Positions 1 to 8,740 of a stretch of 64,000 bases of DNA are shown here, piece by piece. Position 1 is the stretch's first letter. Each line of letters starts with the position of its first letter. The stretch is taken from positions 741,189 through 805,188 of the forward strand of contig BPHJ01000001.1 in assembly GCA_026003475.1 (NCBI GenBank). The letters are read 5' to 3'. Made by a program: the position numbers and the translations under genes. The notes under the pieces were generated by a model. That model was not told the origin of the DNA, did no database searches, and saw only the letters and a list, made by a program, of their open reading frames with translations. This DNA is from Candidatus Kapaibacterium sp. GTDB taxonomy: Bacteria > Bacteroidota > Ignavibacteria > Kapaibacteriales > NICIL-2.

Positions 1-131
1 TGTGGACACCAGAGATCCTGACCGCATACAATCGTAGGCTCTTCAACGTCCGATTCTACGCGGTGCGTCCGCCCTACATCATTCCCAATTGGTTTGTACC
101 CCCATATCTGCAACAGCACATCGTGCAGTAA
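1..131 (+). CDS. 3' end of a gene entering from the left edge; possibly the C-terminus of an ABC peptide-binding (family 5) protein
   Basis: The frame from nt 3 reads WTPEILTAYNRRLFNVRFYAVRPPYIIPNWFVPPYLQQHIVQ* with TAA at 129-131, 5 nt before the next ATG. The sequence resembles OppA/DppA C-termini; the product is a guess. Confidence 0.4.
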   Translation, partial: WTPEILTAYNRRLFNVRFYAVRPPYIIPNWFVPPYLQQHIVQ

Positions 132-136
132 CACCG

Positions 137-808
137 ATGAATCGTCACCAATTACGTCAACTGATCAGCGATGGTGAAGGTGTCCGGCTGGAATTCAAGC
201 GGCGCTTCACCTCACCAGAGAAAATTGCCAAAGAACTATGTGCGTTTGCAAATACGCAGGGCGGTTATCTCCTCTTCGGCGTTGATGACGATGGCAGTAT
301 TGTCGGTGTCGAGAGCGAAAAAGAACAGATCGAATTAGTTCAACGTGCAGCAGACTTTTTTATCGAGCCACCGTTGTCGGTCCGCGTCGAAGTAGTTGAG
401 ATTGAGTGGAAAGATGTTGTCGTCGTTATCGTTGAACCAAGTCCGGAGCGACCGCATGCGGTCGTCGAACATGATCGTCGCAGCAACCGCCGTGGGGTCG
501 TCTATGTTCGCAGCCGTGCCGAATCGGTGCAAGCAAGCCGTGAAATGGTGCGTTTGATGCGGGAGCAGCGCCCCGATGCACCGCCGCTTCAGCTCTTCAT
601 TGGCGATCGCGAGCGGCGGCTCTTTGCCTATCTGGAAATGCACCAACGTATCACCGTAGCAGAGTTCGCACGGCTGGTCAACATTTCCCGACGGCGTGCA
701 CTGCAAATACTGATCCGTTTAGTGCGTGCACAAGTGCTCGTACTCCATACCGATGCACCAACCAATTACTTCACGCTGGTTGACGATGCCATCGCAAGCC
801 AATCTTGA
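137..808 (+). CDS. Schlafen/AlbA_2 domain protein with C-terminal HTH
   Basis: GEGVRLEFK, CAFANTQGGYLLFGVDDDG and YVRSRAES are AlbA_2 motifs; C-terminal ITVAEFARLVNISRRRA is HTH-like. Start moved to ATG 137. Confidence 0.85.
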   Translation: MNRHQLRQLISDGEGVRLEFKRRFTSPEKIAKELCAFANTQGGYLLFGVDDDGSIVGVESEKEQIELVQRAADFFIEPPLSVRVEVVEIEWKDVVVVIVEPSPERPHAVVEHDRRSNRRGVVYVRSRAESVQASREMVRLMREQRPDAPPLQLFIGDRERRLFAYLEMHQRITVAEFARLVNISRRRALQILIRLVRAQVLVLHTDAPTNYFTLVDDAIASQS

Positions 809-3188
809 GCATGTGCTTCGAGAGGTTTTCGGTTACCAACAGTTCCGCCCCGGACAAGCAGAAATTATCAGTGCCATTGTCGGGGGACGGGATGTGTTGG
901 GGGTGCTCCCGACCGGCAGCGGTAAATCGCTCTGTTACCAATTGCCGGCTGTGCTTAGCCATGGCGTGACCATTGTTGTCTCACCGCTGATTGCCTTGAT
1001 GCACGATCAGGTATCGGCACTGCAACGGCGTGGCATTGCCTCGACGGCAATTACCAGTGCCCTCGGGAGCGAGGAGATTGCCTTCCGAATCCGTGCAGCT
1101 CAACAGGGGCAGGTGCGCTTGCTCTACATTGCACCCGAGCGGCTCGAAAGCCGAGTCTTTCTCGAGGAACTCCGAAAAGTTGCAATCGAGAGAGTTGTCG
1201 TGGACGAGGCCCATTGCATCAGTCAGTGGGGGCACGATTTCCGTCCTGCTTACCGACGCATTCGAATGCTGACAACAGTGCTGGGACGAAAACAACTGGT
1301 TGCACTGACCGCGACAGCAACTCCATCGGTTCAACAGGACATTGTGGCGCAGCTTGGGATGCATGATCCGGTTGTGCATGTTGGCAATTTCGATCGTCCG
1401 AACTTGGAATTTCACGTCGCGGAGTGCCCCAAGGAAAAAGGATACCAGCAGAAGGTAGCACGACTTGCCGATGCAATCGAACGGTGCACAGGTGCAGCTA
1501 TCGTCTATGCGGGGACTCGACGAGCAACCGAGACCATTGCATCCTTGCTACGATCGTTCGGCATCAATGCCCGTGCCTATCATGCCGGATTGCCCGGCGC
1601 TCTTCGCACACAGGCCCACGAATGGTTCATGGTCGAATCCGCACCCGTCCTTGTTGCAACGGTTGCCTTCGGCATGGGCATAGACAAAGCTGATGTCCGC
1701 TTGGTGGCGCACTGCGATCTTCCGTTGAGCTTGGAGCACTACTACCAAGAAGCGGGTCGAGCAGGTCGAGATGGGCAGCGTGCATTGTGTTTACTCCTCT
1801 ACGCACATGGCGACGAGCGGATGCAGCAACGGCTGATCAAATCCCAATTCCCTCCGCGGCACTTAGTCGAAGAAACCTACACACTGATTGCAGAACGACT
1901 GCGCGTTGCTGTCGGGATGTCCACTGATGCAACGCTGCCCTACGAGCCAGCAGTGCTGGCGCGAAAGCTGCCGTGTTCGGTTCACCAACTCGAGAACGCT
2001 ATCGAGTTTTTAGAACGGCAGCAGCTCCTTGCGCGCTGCCGTGGAGATGGGATGATGCGCGTTCGCATAACTACCAGCAGAGAACGCTGGCGGGAATATT
2101 GCCTGCAGGCACCAGTAGAACGAATGGCAGCAATGGAAGCCCTCCTGCGTTCACTCCCACCATCGGCGCACGAGTCCGAAGTTGAGCTATCGCTTGATGA
2201 TGTCGAGCAACGGCATGCAGTCCCACGGGATGCACTCTATTATGCCCTCCGCACAGCTGAACTTGCTCGCGTTATCGAGGTCGTTCCAGCCGATGCAGCA
2301 GAAGGAATTCGTCTGGTTGGTCCGCGGTATGGTCGAGGTCAATTGCCCATTGAGTGGTCAGCAATCGAAGTGCGACGAGCTGATGCAATCGAAAAAGCAG
2401 CTATGATGGCGCAGTACGCACAGTCGCATGAATGCAAGCGCGCGATCATTCTCCGGTATTTTGGGCAATCTGCTGGCGATTACTGCGGGAAGTGTTCCTC
2501 GTGTCGTCGTGGAGAACAGACCACGCCACGTTCGCCCAGGCAGCGCACCGCATACGAGGAATTCATTCGCCGGTCACTGGTTGCAGTCGTTACTGACTAC
2601 GATGGTCTGCTGACTCGTGAGCTTCTCCTTGCGATTGCACTTGGTAAGAACAGCGATCCGGTCATTGCGATCGGGGCGCATCGATGTTCCCAATTCGGAC
2701 AGCTTGCGACTGTTCCGCCGAGTTTGCTCCGCACACACCTTGACCAGCTTCTTGCGGAAGGAATACTCGAAACCCAGCGCACGAGCGGCACCTTCCGCCT
2801 GACAACATTGGGATGGAGCAAGCTTGGTCGGACCGCACCACCGGCACACCAGCAGCGAGCTGCTCCAGAACACCTACTGGACTCATCGGTGAAAAAAACT
2901 GTCGAGCTGGCACGCCAGGGACATTCGCCAGCGCGCATCGCTGAGCTGCGGAATTTGTCGCTGACCACGGTCGTTAGTCATCTGGTGCAAGCACTTTCGG
3001 TTGGTGTGGAGCTTCCACGCCAGACGTTGGTTGACCAGCGCATGTACCATGAAACGTGCCAGTTCATTCGGCAGCAACCTCAGGCATTACTACGGGATCT
3101 GCAGGCATACTTTGGTGGCATGTATGATCTTGCACTTCTGCGGCTAACGCTTGCGTTTGCTCGGCGCGATTGTTTGCGCAGGCAATGA
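786..3188 (+). CDS. recQ: RecQ-family ATP-dependent DNA helicase with Zn-binding, RQC-like and C-terminal HTH regions
   Basis: FGYQQFRPGQ, PTGSGKS, DEAHCISQWGHDFRP, TATA, AFGMGIDK, YYQEAGRAGRDG, CKR...CGKCSSC. Start ATG 786. Confidence 0.93.
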   Translation: MPSQANLEHVLREVFGYQQFRPGQAEIISAIVGGRDVLGVLPTGSGKSLCYQLPAVLSHGVTIVVSPLIALMHDQVSALQRRGIASTAITSALGSEEIAFRIRAAQQGQVRLLYIAPERLESRVFLEELRKVAIERVVVDEAHCISQWGHDFRPAYRRIRMLTTVLGRKQLVALTATATPSVQQDIVAQLGMHDPVVHVGNFDRPNLEFHVAECPKEKGYQQKVARLADAIERCTGAAIVYAGTRRATETIASLLRSFGINARAYHAGLPGALRTQAHEWFMVESAPVLVATVAFGMGIDKADVRLVAHCDLPLSLEHYYQEAGRAGRDGQRALCLLLYAHGDERMQQRLIKSQFPPRHLVEETYTLIAERLRVAVGMSTDATLPYEPAVLARKLPCSVHQLENAIEFLERQQLLARCRGDGMMRVRITTSRERWREYCLQAPVERMAAMEALLRSLPPSAHESEVELSLDDVEQRHAVPRDALYYALRTAELARVIEVVPADAAEGIRLVGPRYGRGQLPIEWSAIEVRRADAIEKAAMMAQYAQSHECKRAIILRYFGQSAGDYCGKCSSCRRGEQTTPRSPRQRTAYEEFIRRSLVAVVTDYDGLLTRELLLAIALGKNSDPVIAIGAHRCSQFGQLATVPPSLLRTHLDQLLAEGILETQRTSGTFRLTTLGWSKLGRTAPPAHQQRAAPEHLLDSSVKKTVELARQGHSPARIAELRNLSLTTVVSHLVQALSVGVELPRQTLVDQRMYHETCQFIRQQPQALLRDLQAYFGGMYDLALLRLTLAFARRDCLRRQ

Positions 3189-3689
3189 AAGCTCGAGCAG
3201 CCCTGCTGGGGGATTGATGGTCAATGTTCTGGTAGCAGCATCTGCATTGGTGATGAACTCTTCGACGTAGGGCAAAAGAAGCTCATCACCGCTTGGGCGC
3301 TCGATACGAAGCAAGGGGTGAGCGGGGTTGTCCTCAGTGCCAACCACTGTGCCAATCACGGTGCCCTCTGCGACGACAACGCTCCAACCTTCCATCCCCA
3401 TCGGTGTGGTGTACCCTTGAGATTTGACAAGCGACGCAGCAACAAACACTCCTTGCTCACGAAGTTTTTCTGCAGCCTCGCGCGTTTCGACGCCATGAAG
3501 GTGGAGCAATCCATAGCGTTGTGTGAGGGAGAATGCCTTGAGCATAAATTCCCGTCCAAACGACGGGCTAAATCCAATCCACACCACTGTTCCCTCAGGA
3601 AGGAGAACTCGGTGACGAAGCGCCACGCGCATATCACCCTGAAGTCCGTGTGGCCCAGTGATAGTGCCAATCGGCAGACGATCCTGCAT
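3144..3689 (-). CDS. rimM: 16S rRNA processing protein RimM
   Basis: IGTITGPHGLQGDMRV, GVETREAAEKLR and PRC-barrel LLLPYVEEFI...INPPAGLLEL. Start moved to ATG 3689. Confidence 0.88.
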   Translation of the reverse strand: MQDRLPIGTITGPHGLQGDMRVALRHRVLLPEGTVVWIGFSPSFGREFMLKAFSLTQRYGLLHLHGVETREAAEKLREQGVFVAASLVKSQGYTTPMGMEGWSVVVAEGTVIGTVVGTEDNPAHPLLRIERPSGDELLLPYVEEFITNADAATRTLTINPPAGLLELSLPAQTIAPSKRKR

Positions 3690-3800
3690 GGGTATGTGGT
3701 CGTTGGGTATGGGTAAACGCAGCAACAGTGCTCCGGCTGAACAGCCGACGGGGTGTGTTGACGATATTTGCGGCGTTTCAGTACATCGTATGGATTGGGA

Positions 3801-4430
3801 ATGGAAGCTCTCGAGAACATTGCTCGCCTGCATCTGGAGCAATCCATTGCGACTAAGCAGCGATTGCTTGCGCAGTGTCTTGGTGACATCGTGCAGATCG
3901 GAACTGAGCTTGCGCGTGCACTCTCGAAAGGTGCGACCGTGTTGCTCTGCGGAAATGGTGGTTCGGCTGCCGACGCCCAGCACTTTGCTGCTGAGCTTGT
4001 CATTCGATACCGCTCGCAGGTGCAGAGGGCAGCACTTCCGGCATTGGCTCTAACTACAGATCCTTCGCTGATGACTGCTGGAGGCAACGACCTTGGATTT
4101 GATGCTGTCCTTGCTCGAGCCGTCGAAGCATACGGCAAACCAGGCGATGTTCTCATCGGGATCAGCACCAGCGGCAAGTCCGAAAACGTTCGTCGTGCTA
4201 TCGAGGCTGCGCGGTCTCGAACGATGCACACGATCGGACTACTCGGCGGCGATGGAGGTACGATTCGACCATTGTGCGATAGCGCCGTCGTTGTCCCGAG
4301 CACCGTTACTGCGCATATTCAAGAATGCCACATCACGATTCTCCACATTTGGTGCTCGATCATCGAGGCACAGCTCTATCCTGACGTAGTCCGTGCTGCT
4401 GGGCTTGATCAAGTCGAGGCTATGCCGTAA
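3801..4430 (+). CDS. gmhA: D-sedoheptulose 7-phosphate isomerase
   Basis: CGNGGSAADAQHFAAEL, ISTSGKSENV, HIQECH (SIS fold). Start ATG 3801. Confidence 0.93.
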   Translation: MEALENIARLHLEQSIATKQRLLAQCLGDIVQIGTELARALSKGATVLLCGNGGSAADAQHFAAELVIRYRSQVQRAALPALALTTDPSLMTAGGNDLGFDAVLARAVEAYGKPGDVLIGISTSGKSENVRRAIEAARSRTMHTIGLLGGDGGTIRPLCDSAVVVPSTVTAHIQECHITILHIWCSIIEAQLYPDVVRAAGLDQVEAMP

Positions 4431-4435
4431 TTTTG
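4428..4435 (+). promoter_or_regulatory. Bacteroidetes-type -7 promoter element for tRNA-Thr
   Basis: TAATTTTG 25 nt upstream of the tRNA. Confidence 0.55.
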
Positions 4436-4460
4436 CGCCGCGTCTTAGCGCATTTCGTGT

Positions 4461-4533
4461 GCCACTTTAGCTCAGTTGGTAGAGCAGCTGACTTGTAATC
4501 AGCAGGTCGCCGGTTCGAGTCCGGCAGGTGGCT
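4461..4533 (+). tRNA. tRNA-Thr(TGT)
   Basis: Acceptor stem GCCACTT/AGGTGGC, D-arm AGCTCAGTTGGTAGAGC, anticodon arm GCTGA-CTTGTAA-TCAGC, T-loop GGTTCGAGTCC. CCA not encoded. Confidence 0.96.
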
Positions 4534-4637
4534 CTGCGGGATTGATAGTAGGTGCCGTGATGCAATTGCGTAATTCTACGTATTGAGTCTGCAGGAAGGG
4601 GGAGCGTAAGTTCGCTATTGCAAAAACACACTATGTC

Positions 4638-6089
4638 GTGGGTGCAGAAACGATGTACGAATTTGACGACACTCCCGATTGGTCGGGCTTACCGCCAGGT
4701 CTTGATATTGATGATGTACTCGACCAGTGTACGCAAGCGCTCTCGCAAGGATCGCTGGAGCTATTGGATGCCGAGTTGAGGTTTCCCGAGCAATTAGAGC
4801 AGCTAACCGCGTATTGCCTAGAGCGTGGACGATATGCAGAAGGAGTAACCGTTGCTTCTCTCTGGAGTATTGTTGCGCCCTATAGTGCCGATGCATGGCA
4901 CAAACTCGGTATCGCACAGGCAGCGATCGGAAACTATCGCGAAGCTATTGAGTCCCTGCGCCACGCTTTGCTGTGTAACCCGACTGACACCGAGATTATT
5001 CTCCACCTCGCAGAGACCTACAGTACTGCTGGGATCGTGTCCGAAGCAGAGAAGTACTTCGACTACGCACTGTTGATTGATCCATCCTGCGAAGAAGCGA
5101 TCTTCCAGAAAGCAGCGTTTCTGCAGCGACGCGGCTTCTATCGCGATGCTATCGAACTCTACGAGCGTCTTGCCGATTCTCGGACTTTTGCTAAAGACGC
5201 ACTCTTCGAGTTGGGCTTCTGCTACGATTGCTGCCAGCAGTATGCCGATGCCATTACTGCCTACGATCGTGTGCTCGATCTGGACCCCTACAATGCCGAC
5301 GCGTGGTTCAATCGCGGTGTTGTGTTCACGCGTTGCACCCAATACACCGAAGCGCTGTCCAGTTATGATTTTGCACTTGCAATCGAACCAGCGCATGTTG
5401 CCGCGCTCTACAACAAGGGGAATGTGCTCTCTCTGCTGGGCAAACTCGAAGCAGCAATCAGTTGCTACCGTGCCGCGCTCGAACATGATCCTGGCGACGC
5501 CGCTATTTGGCATAACCTCGGTAGCGTCCTCGGCGAGATGGGGAAGTATCAAGAAGCAATTGATGCGTTTACCGAAGCCATACGGATCAACCCGCGACAC
5601 TTCGAAGCATACTTTGGTCGTGGTACATGCTACGATGCTCTCGAGCACTACTATCAAGCCCTCTCGGACTATGATGCCGCGCTTCAGGTGCAGCGTGCCT
5701 ACCCGGAACTCTGGTACGCACGGGCAGACGTGCTTATGCAACTGGAGCTCTACGAAGAAGCACTCGATTCCTATCGCACAGCTCTCAAACTCGACCCCAC
5801 GCAGGCAGCGTGCTGGTACGATTTTGCGATTGCACTCCTGCACACTCGCCAGTACCCAGATGCTGTGGCAGCACTCTGCCGAGCAGCGGAACTGTCTCCA
5901 ACGTGGGCCGATCCACATTTTGCCTTGGTGAAAGCATACCTCTTGCAAGCGAATGTCCCCGCTGCGCAGCAGGCACTGCAACGAGCCATTGAACTTAGTC
6001 CCCACCGGCGGGCCGAATTCGAGGCAGAACTACTTGCAATTCTCCCTGCATCCATTACTCGCCTCCTCGACCAGTCACACAAAGAGTAA
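4638..6089 (+). CDS. Multi-TPR repeat protein
   Basis: About 11 tandem 34-aa TPR units (e.g. DAWFNRGVV, AALYNKGNV, AIWHNLGSV). Alternative start ATG 4653. Confidence 0.9.
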   Translation: MGAETMYEFDDTPDWSGLPPGLDIDDVLDQCTQALSQGSLELLDAELRFPEQLEQLTAYCLERGRYAEGVTVASLWSIVAPYSADAWHKLGIAQAAIGNYREAIESLRHALLCNPTDTEIILHLAETYSTAGIVSEAEKYFDYALLIDPSCEEAIFQKAAFLQRRGFYRDAIELYERLADSRTFAKDALFELGFCYDCCQQYADAITAYDRVLDLDPYNADAWFNRGVVFTRCTQYTEALSSYDFALAIEPAHVAALYNKGNVLSLLGKLEAAISCYRAALEHDPGDAAIWHNLGSVLGEMGKYQEAIDAFTEAIRINPRHFEAYFGRGTCYDALEHYYQALSDYDAALQVQRAYPELWYARADVLMQLELYEEALDSYRTALKLDPTQAACWYDFAIALLHTRQYPDAVAALCRAAELSPTWADPHFALVKAYLLQANVPAAQQALQRAIELSPHRRAEFEAELLAILPASITRLLDQSHKE

Positions 6090-6149
6090 GAGCGGTCTAA
6101 ACCAGCCCCATTGAGTGACCGATGACTACTCTATCGCTTGCGAGTGTCG

Positions 6150-6172
6150 TAAATTTGAAACAAGTCTAAATT
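6150..6172 (+). promoter_or_regulatory. feoAB promoter (TAAATTTG) overlapped by an imperfect palindrome, candidate Fur-type operator
   Basis: TAAATTTG at 6150-6157; AATTTGAAACAAGTCTAAATT at 6152-6172 is an imperfect inverted repeat ending 3 nt before the feoA ATG. Confidence 0.55.
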
Positions 6173-6175
6173 CAC

Positions 6176-6463
6176 ATGCTGGCGATGCTTAGTCTGGAGC
6201 AAGTCGAAGCAGGACATGTTGTCCGAATCGTACGTCTTGCAGGATCGCAATCATTCGTTGAACGAATGAAAGAACTCGGCCTTGTGTACGACACGGTGGT
6301 AGAAGTCGTACGCCGATCGCCGCTCGGGAGGACGATCCAGCTTCGATACGGAACTTCCCATATTGCACTCCGACTCTCGCGAAATCATATGATCGGGGTT
6401 GAACCACTTCACCAGCAGATTGCCTCAGTTCAGCCAGAACGAGCACTCGATTATGTTGTGTAA
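6176..6463 (+). CDS. feoA: Ferrous iron transport protein A
   Basis: ERMKELGL...VEVVRRSPLG...IALRL (SH3-like FeoA), directly upstream of feoB. Confidence 0.85.
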   Translation: MLAMLSLEQVEAGHVVRIVRLAGSQSFVERMKELGLVYDTVVEVVRRSPLGRTIQLRYGTSHIALRLSRNHMIGVEPLHQQIASVQPERALDYVV

Positions 6464-6469
6464 ATCCTG

Positions 6470-8341
6470 ATGCAGGCACGGTCAATTCCCCACGTCGCAT
6501 TGGTTGGAGTTCCGAACTCGGGGAAAACGACACTTTTCAATTCCCTGACGGGGCAGCGAAAGAAGGTCGCTAATTACCCTGGTGTGACTGTTGAGCCATC
6601 GGTTGGAATCGTTCGACAGCACGCATCTGCCATTGCGTTGGTTGATTTGCCCGGTGTGTACAGCCTCTCGCCCAAGTCAACGGACGAGGAAATCACGCTC
6701 CGCGTTCTTGAAGGTGCTGATCCACACCTTGGCTCGCCCGATGGCGTACTCCTCATCCTGGATGCGACGAATCTGGAGAAAGGGCTGCTCCTTTTTTCCC
6801 AACTTGCATCGCTGGGGAAACCGATGCTCGTTGCGCTGACGATGATTGATGAAGTCAAGCGACGTAGCGCAATGCTCGACGATATTCAGCTTGAAGCAAC
6901 CTTGGGTGTGAAGGTCATCCCGATTGTTGGTGTCAAAGGTATCGGCATTACGGAGCTACGGTCAGAACTTGTCAACATCGAGCATTGGCGAACACCGTTT
7001 GTGCACGTTCCACCGGATGCGACGATCGAGGATCGAATCAGCTGGGCACGATTGGTGGCTGCTCAAGTGCTCCGTGAGGTTCATCTCGATGAACGTAGCG
7101 AACGGATTGACCGCATTGTTCTCCATCCTCTTTGGGGGATGGTGGTATTCGTGCTTATCATGGCATTGATCTTTCAGTCCATCTTCACGTGGGCCCAGCC
7201 CGTGATGGATTGGATTGATTATGGCTTTAGTCAACTGCGTGCCTGGATGGTTGGCGATGCAATTGCACCGCCGCTCTGGCTGGATTTCCTTGCCAATGGC
7301 ATTGTAGCTGGTGTGGGGAGCGTTCTTGTGTTCGCACCGCAAATTTTTGTGCTGATGGTATTGGTAACCATTCTGGAAGATAGCGGCTACTTAGCGCGAG
7401 CGGCATTTTTCGTTGATGCAATTCTGGGAAGCTTTGGCTTGCAGGGGCGATCGTTTATTCCGCTCCTGAGTTCGTACGCCTGTGCGATACCAGGAATTCT
7501 CTCGGCTCGGATGATACCATCGCACGCGGAACGGATGGCGACAATTTTGGTTGCACCGCTGATGACCTGCTCGGCTCGATTGCCTGTGTACACGTTGTTG
7601 ATTGCCGCCTTCGTCCCACCGGTGCTGGTTGGTGGTGTGATTTCCCTCCAAGCACTTGTATTGGGCGGGCTCTACCTGGCAGCAGCGGTGGTAGGGCTGT
7701 GTGTTGCTTGGCTACTCCGCAAGACGGTGCTGAGTAGCGATCGGACGCCATTTTTCTTGGAGTTTCCACCGTACCGCGTTCCGCATTGGCGAAATGTTGT
7801 TGTTCGGGCTTATGGGCGAATGCAAGACTTTTTCCAAACAGCCGGAACGGTAATCTTAGCGTTGTCGGTCGTCCTGTGGGCGCTTGCCAGTTTTCCACGC
7901 GTTGAACCACAACCCACGATGAGTGCTGACCACTATCGCCGGATGCAGTTGGAACAGTCGTATGCTGCCAAGCTGGGAAAAGCCATTGCTCCGGTGTTTG
8001 CCCCCATGCACTTTGATTGGCAGGTTACGCTTGGAATTATCGGGTCGTTTGCTGCACGGGAGGTTTTTGTCTCAGTTATGGGGCAGCTCTATGCAGTCGG
8101 AGGAGACGATCCCTCCAATCTAGGGCTGCAGCATGCACTGCAGAGACAACTGCAACCGCCAGTGGCATTCGCTGTGCTTGCGTTCTACATGTTCGCGCTT
8201 CAGTGTATGTCCACGATTGCTGTACTCCGCCGCGAAACCGGGTCATGGAGATGGACTGCCTTTGCCTTTGCATACATGCTCGTGCTTGCCTATGGTGCCG
8301 CCGCGCTAACGTACAATATCACGTCAGCATTGTTGTCCTAA
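6470..8341 (+). CDS. feoB: Ferrous iron transporter B
   Basis: G1 GVPNSGKT, NYPGVTV, DLPGVYSL, EDSGYLAR, PLMTCSARLPVY, AAREVFV, and many TM helices. Confidence 0.95.
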   Translation: MQARSIPHVALVGVPNSGKTTLFNSLTGQRKKVANYPGVTVEPSVGIVRQHASAIALVDLPGVYSLSPKSTDEEITLRVLEGADPHLGSPDGVLLILDATNLEKGLLLFSQLASLGKPMLVALTMIDEVKRRSAMLDDIQLEATLGVKVIPIVGVKGIGITELRSELVNIEHWRTPFVHVPPDATIEDRISWARLVAAQVLREVHLDERSERIDRIVLHPLWGMVVFVLIMALIFQSIFTWAQPVMDWIDYGFSQLRAWMVGDAIAPPLWLDFLANGIVAGVGSVLVFAPQIFVLMVLVTILEDSGYLARAAFFVDAILGSFGLQGRSFIPLLSSYACAIPGILSARMIPSHAERMATILVAPLMTCSARLPVYTLLIAAFVPPVLVGGVISLQALVLGGLYLAAAVVGLCVAWLLRKTVLSSDRTPFFLEFPPYRVPHWRNVVVRAYGRMQDFFQTAGTVILALSVVLWALASFPRVEPQPTMSADHYRRMQLEQSYAAKLGKAIAPVFAPMHFDWQVTLGIIGSFAAREVFVSVMGQLYAVGGDDPSNLGLQHALQRQLQPPVAFAVLAFYMFALQCMSTIAVLRRETGSWRWTAFAFAYMLVLAYGAAALTYNITSALLS

Positions 8342-8374
8342 TCAGCAGGTAGATTTACTCAACGGATACTGGCA

Positions 8375-8740
8375 ATGGAAGACCATGTTGTCACCGATCG
8401 GTTCATCGTTATTGGCGATCGGTTGCTCATCCGGCCGCTGCGGGCAGACACGCAAACCCCAGGGGGGCTCTATCTGCCGCCGACGGTGCAAGAAAACCAG
8501 AAAACCCAGAGCGGATATGTGATCAAAGTCGGTCCGGGCTACCCAATTCCACTCGCCGCCGACAGCGATGAACCATGGAAGGAACCCAGCGAGCGGGTCC
8601 GCTACATCCCGCTCCAAGCGCAAGTGGGAGATTTGGCAATCTACCTACAGCGGGAAGCGATCGAAATCGAGTATGAAGGCGAGCGATACGTAATTGTACC
8701 ACAATCGGCGGTGCTGCTCTTAATCCGGGAAGAGTTCTAA
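8375..8740 (+). CDS. GroES/Cpn10-family co-chaperonin paralog (no adjacent groEL)
   Basis: GDRLLIRP, TPGGLYLP, GYVIKVGPG, VGD, IEYEGERYVIV, with an extra acidic/Pro insert (DSDEPWKEPSERVRYIPLQ). Confidence 0.85.
   Translation: MEDHVVTDRFIVIGDRLLIRPLRADTQTPGGLYLPPTVQENQKTQSGYVIKVGPGYPIPLAADSDEPWKEPSERVRYIPLQAQVGDLAIYLQREAIEIEYEGERYVIVPQSAVLLLIREEF

Noticed and set aside
4818-6005. 395-aa antisense ORF and 284-aa alternative-frame ORF (5077-5931) over the TPR gene
   Set aside because: No recognisable motifs; these are typical shadow ORFs of a GC-rich coding strand. The same applies to the other long antisense ORFs (e.g. 61487-62491, 13487-14299, 3356-4303).
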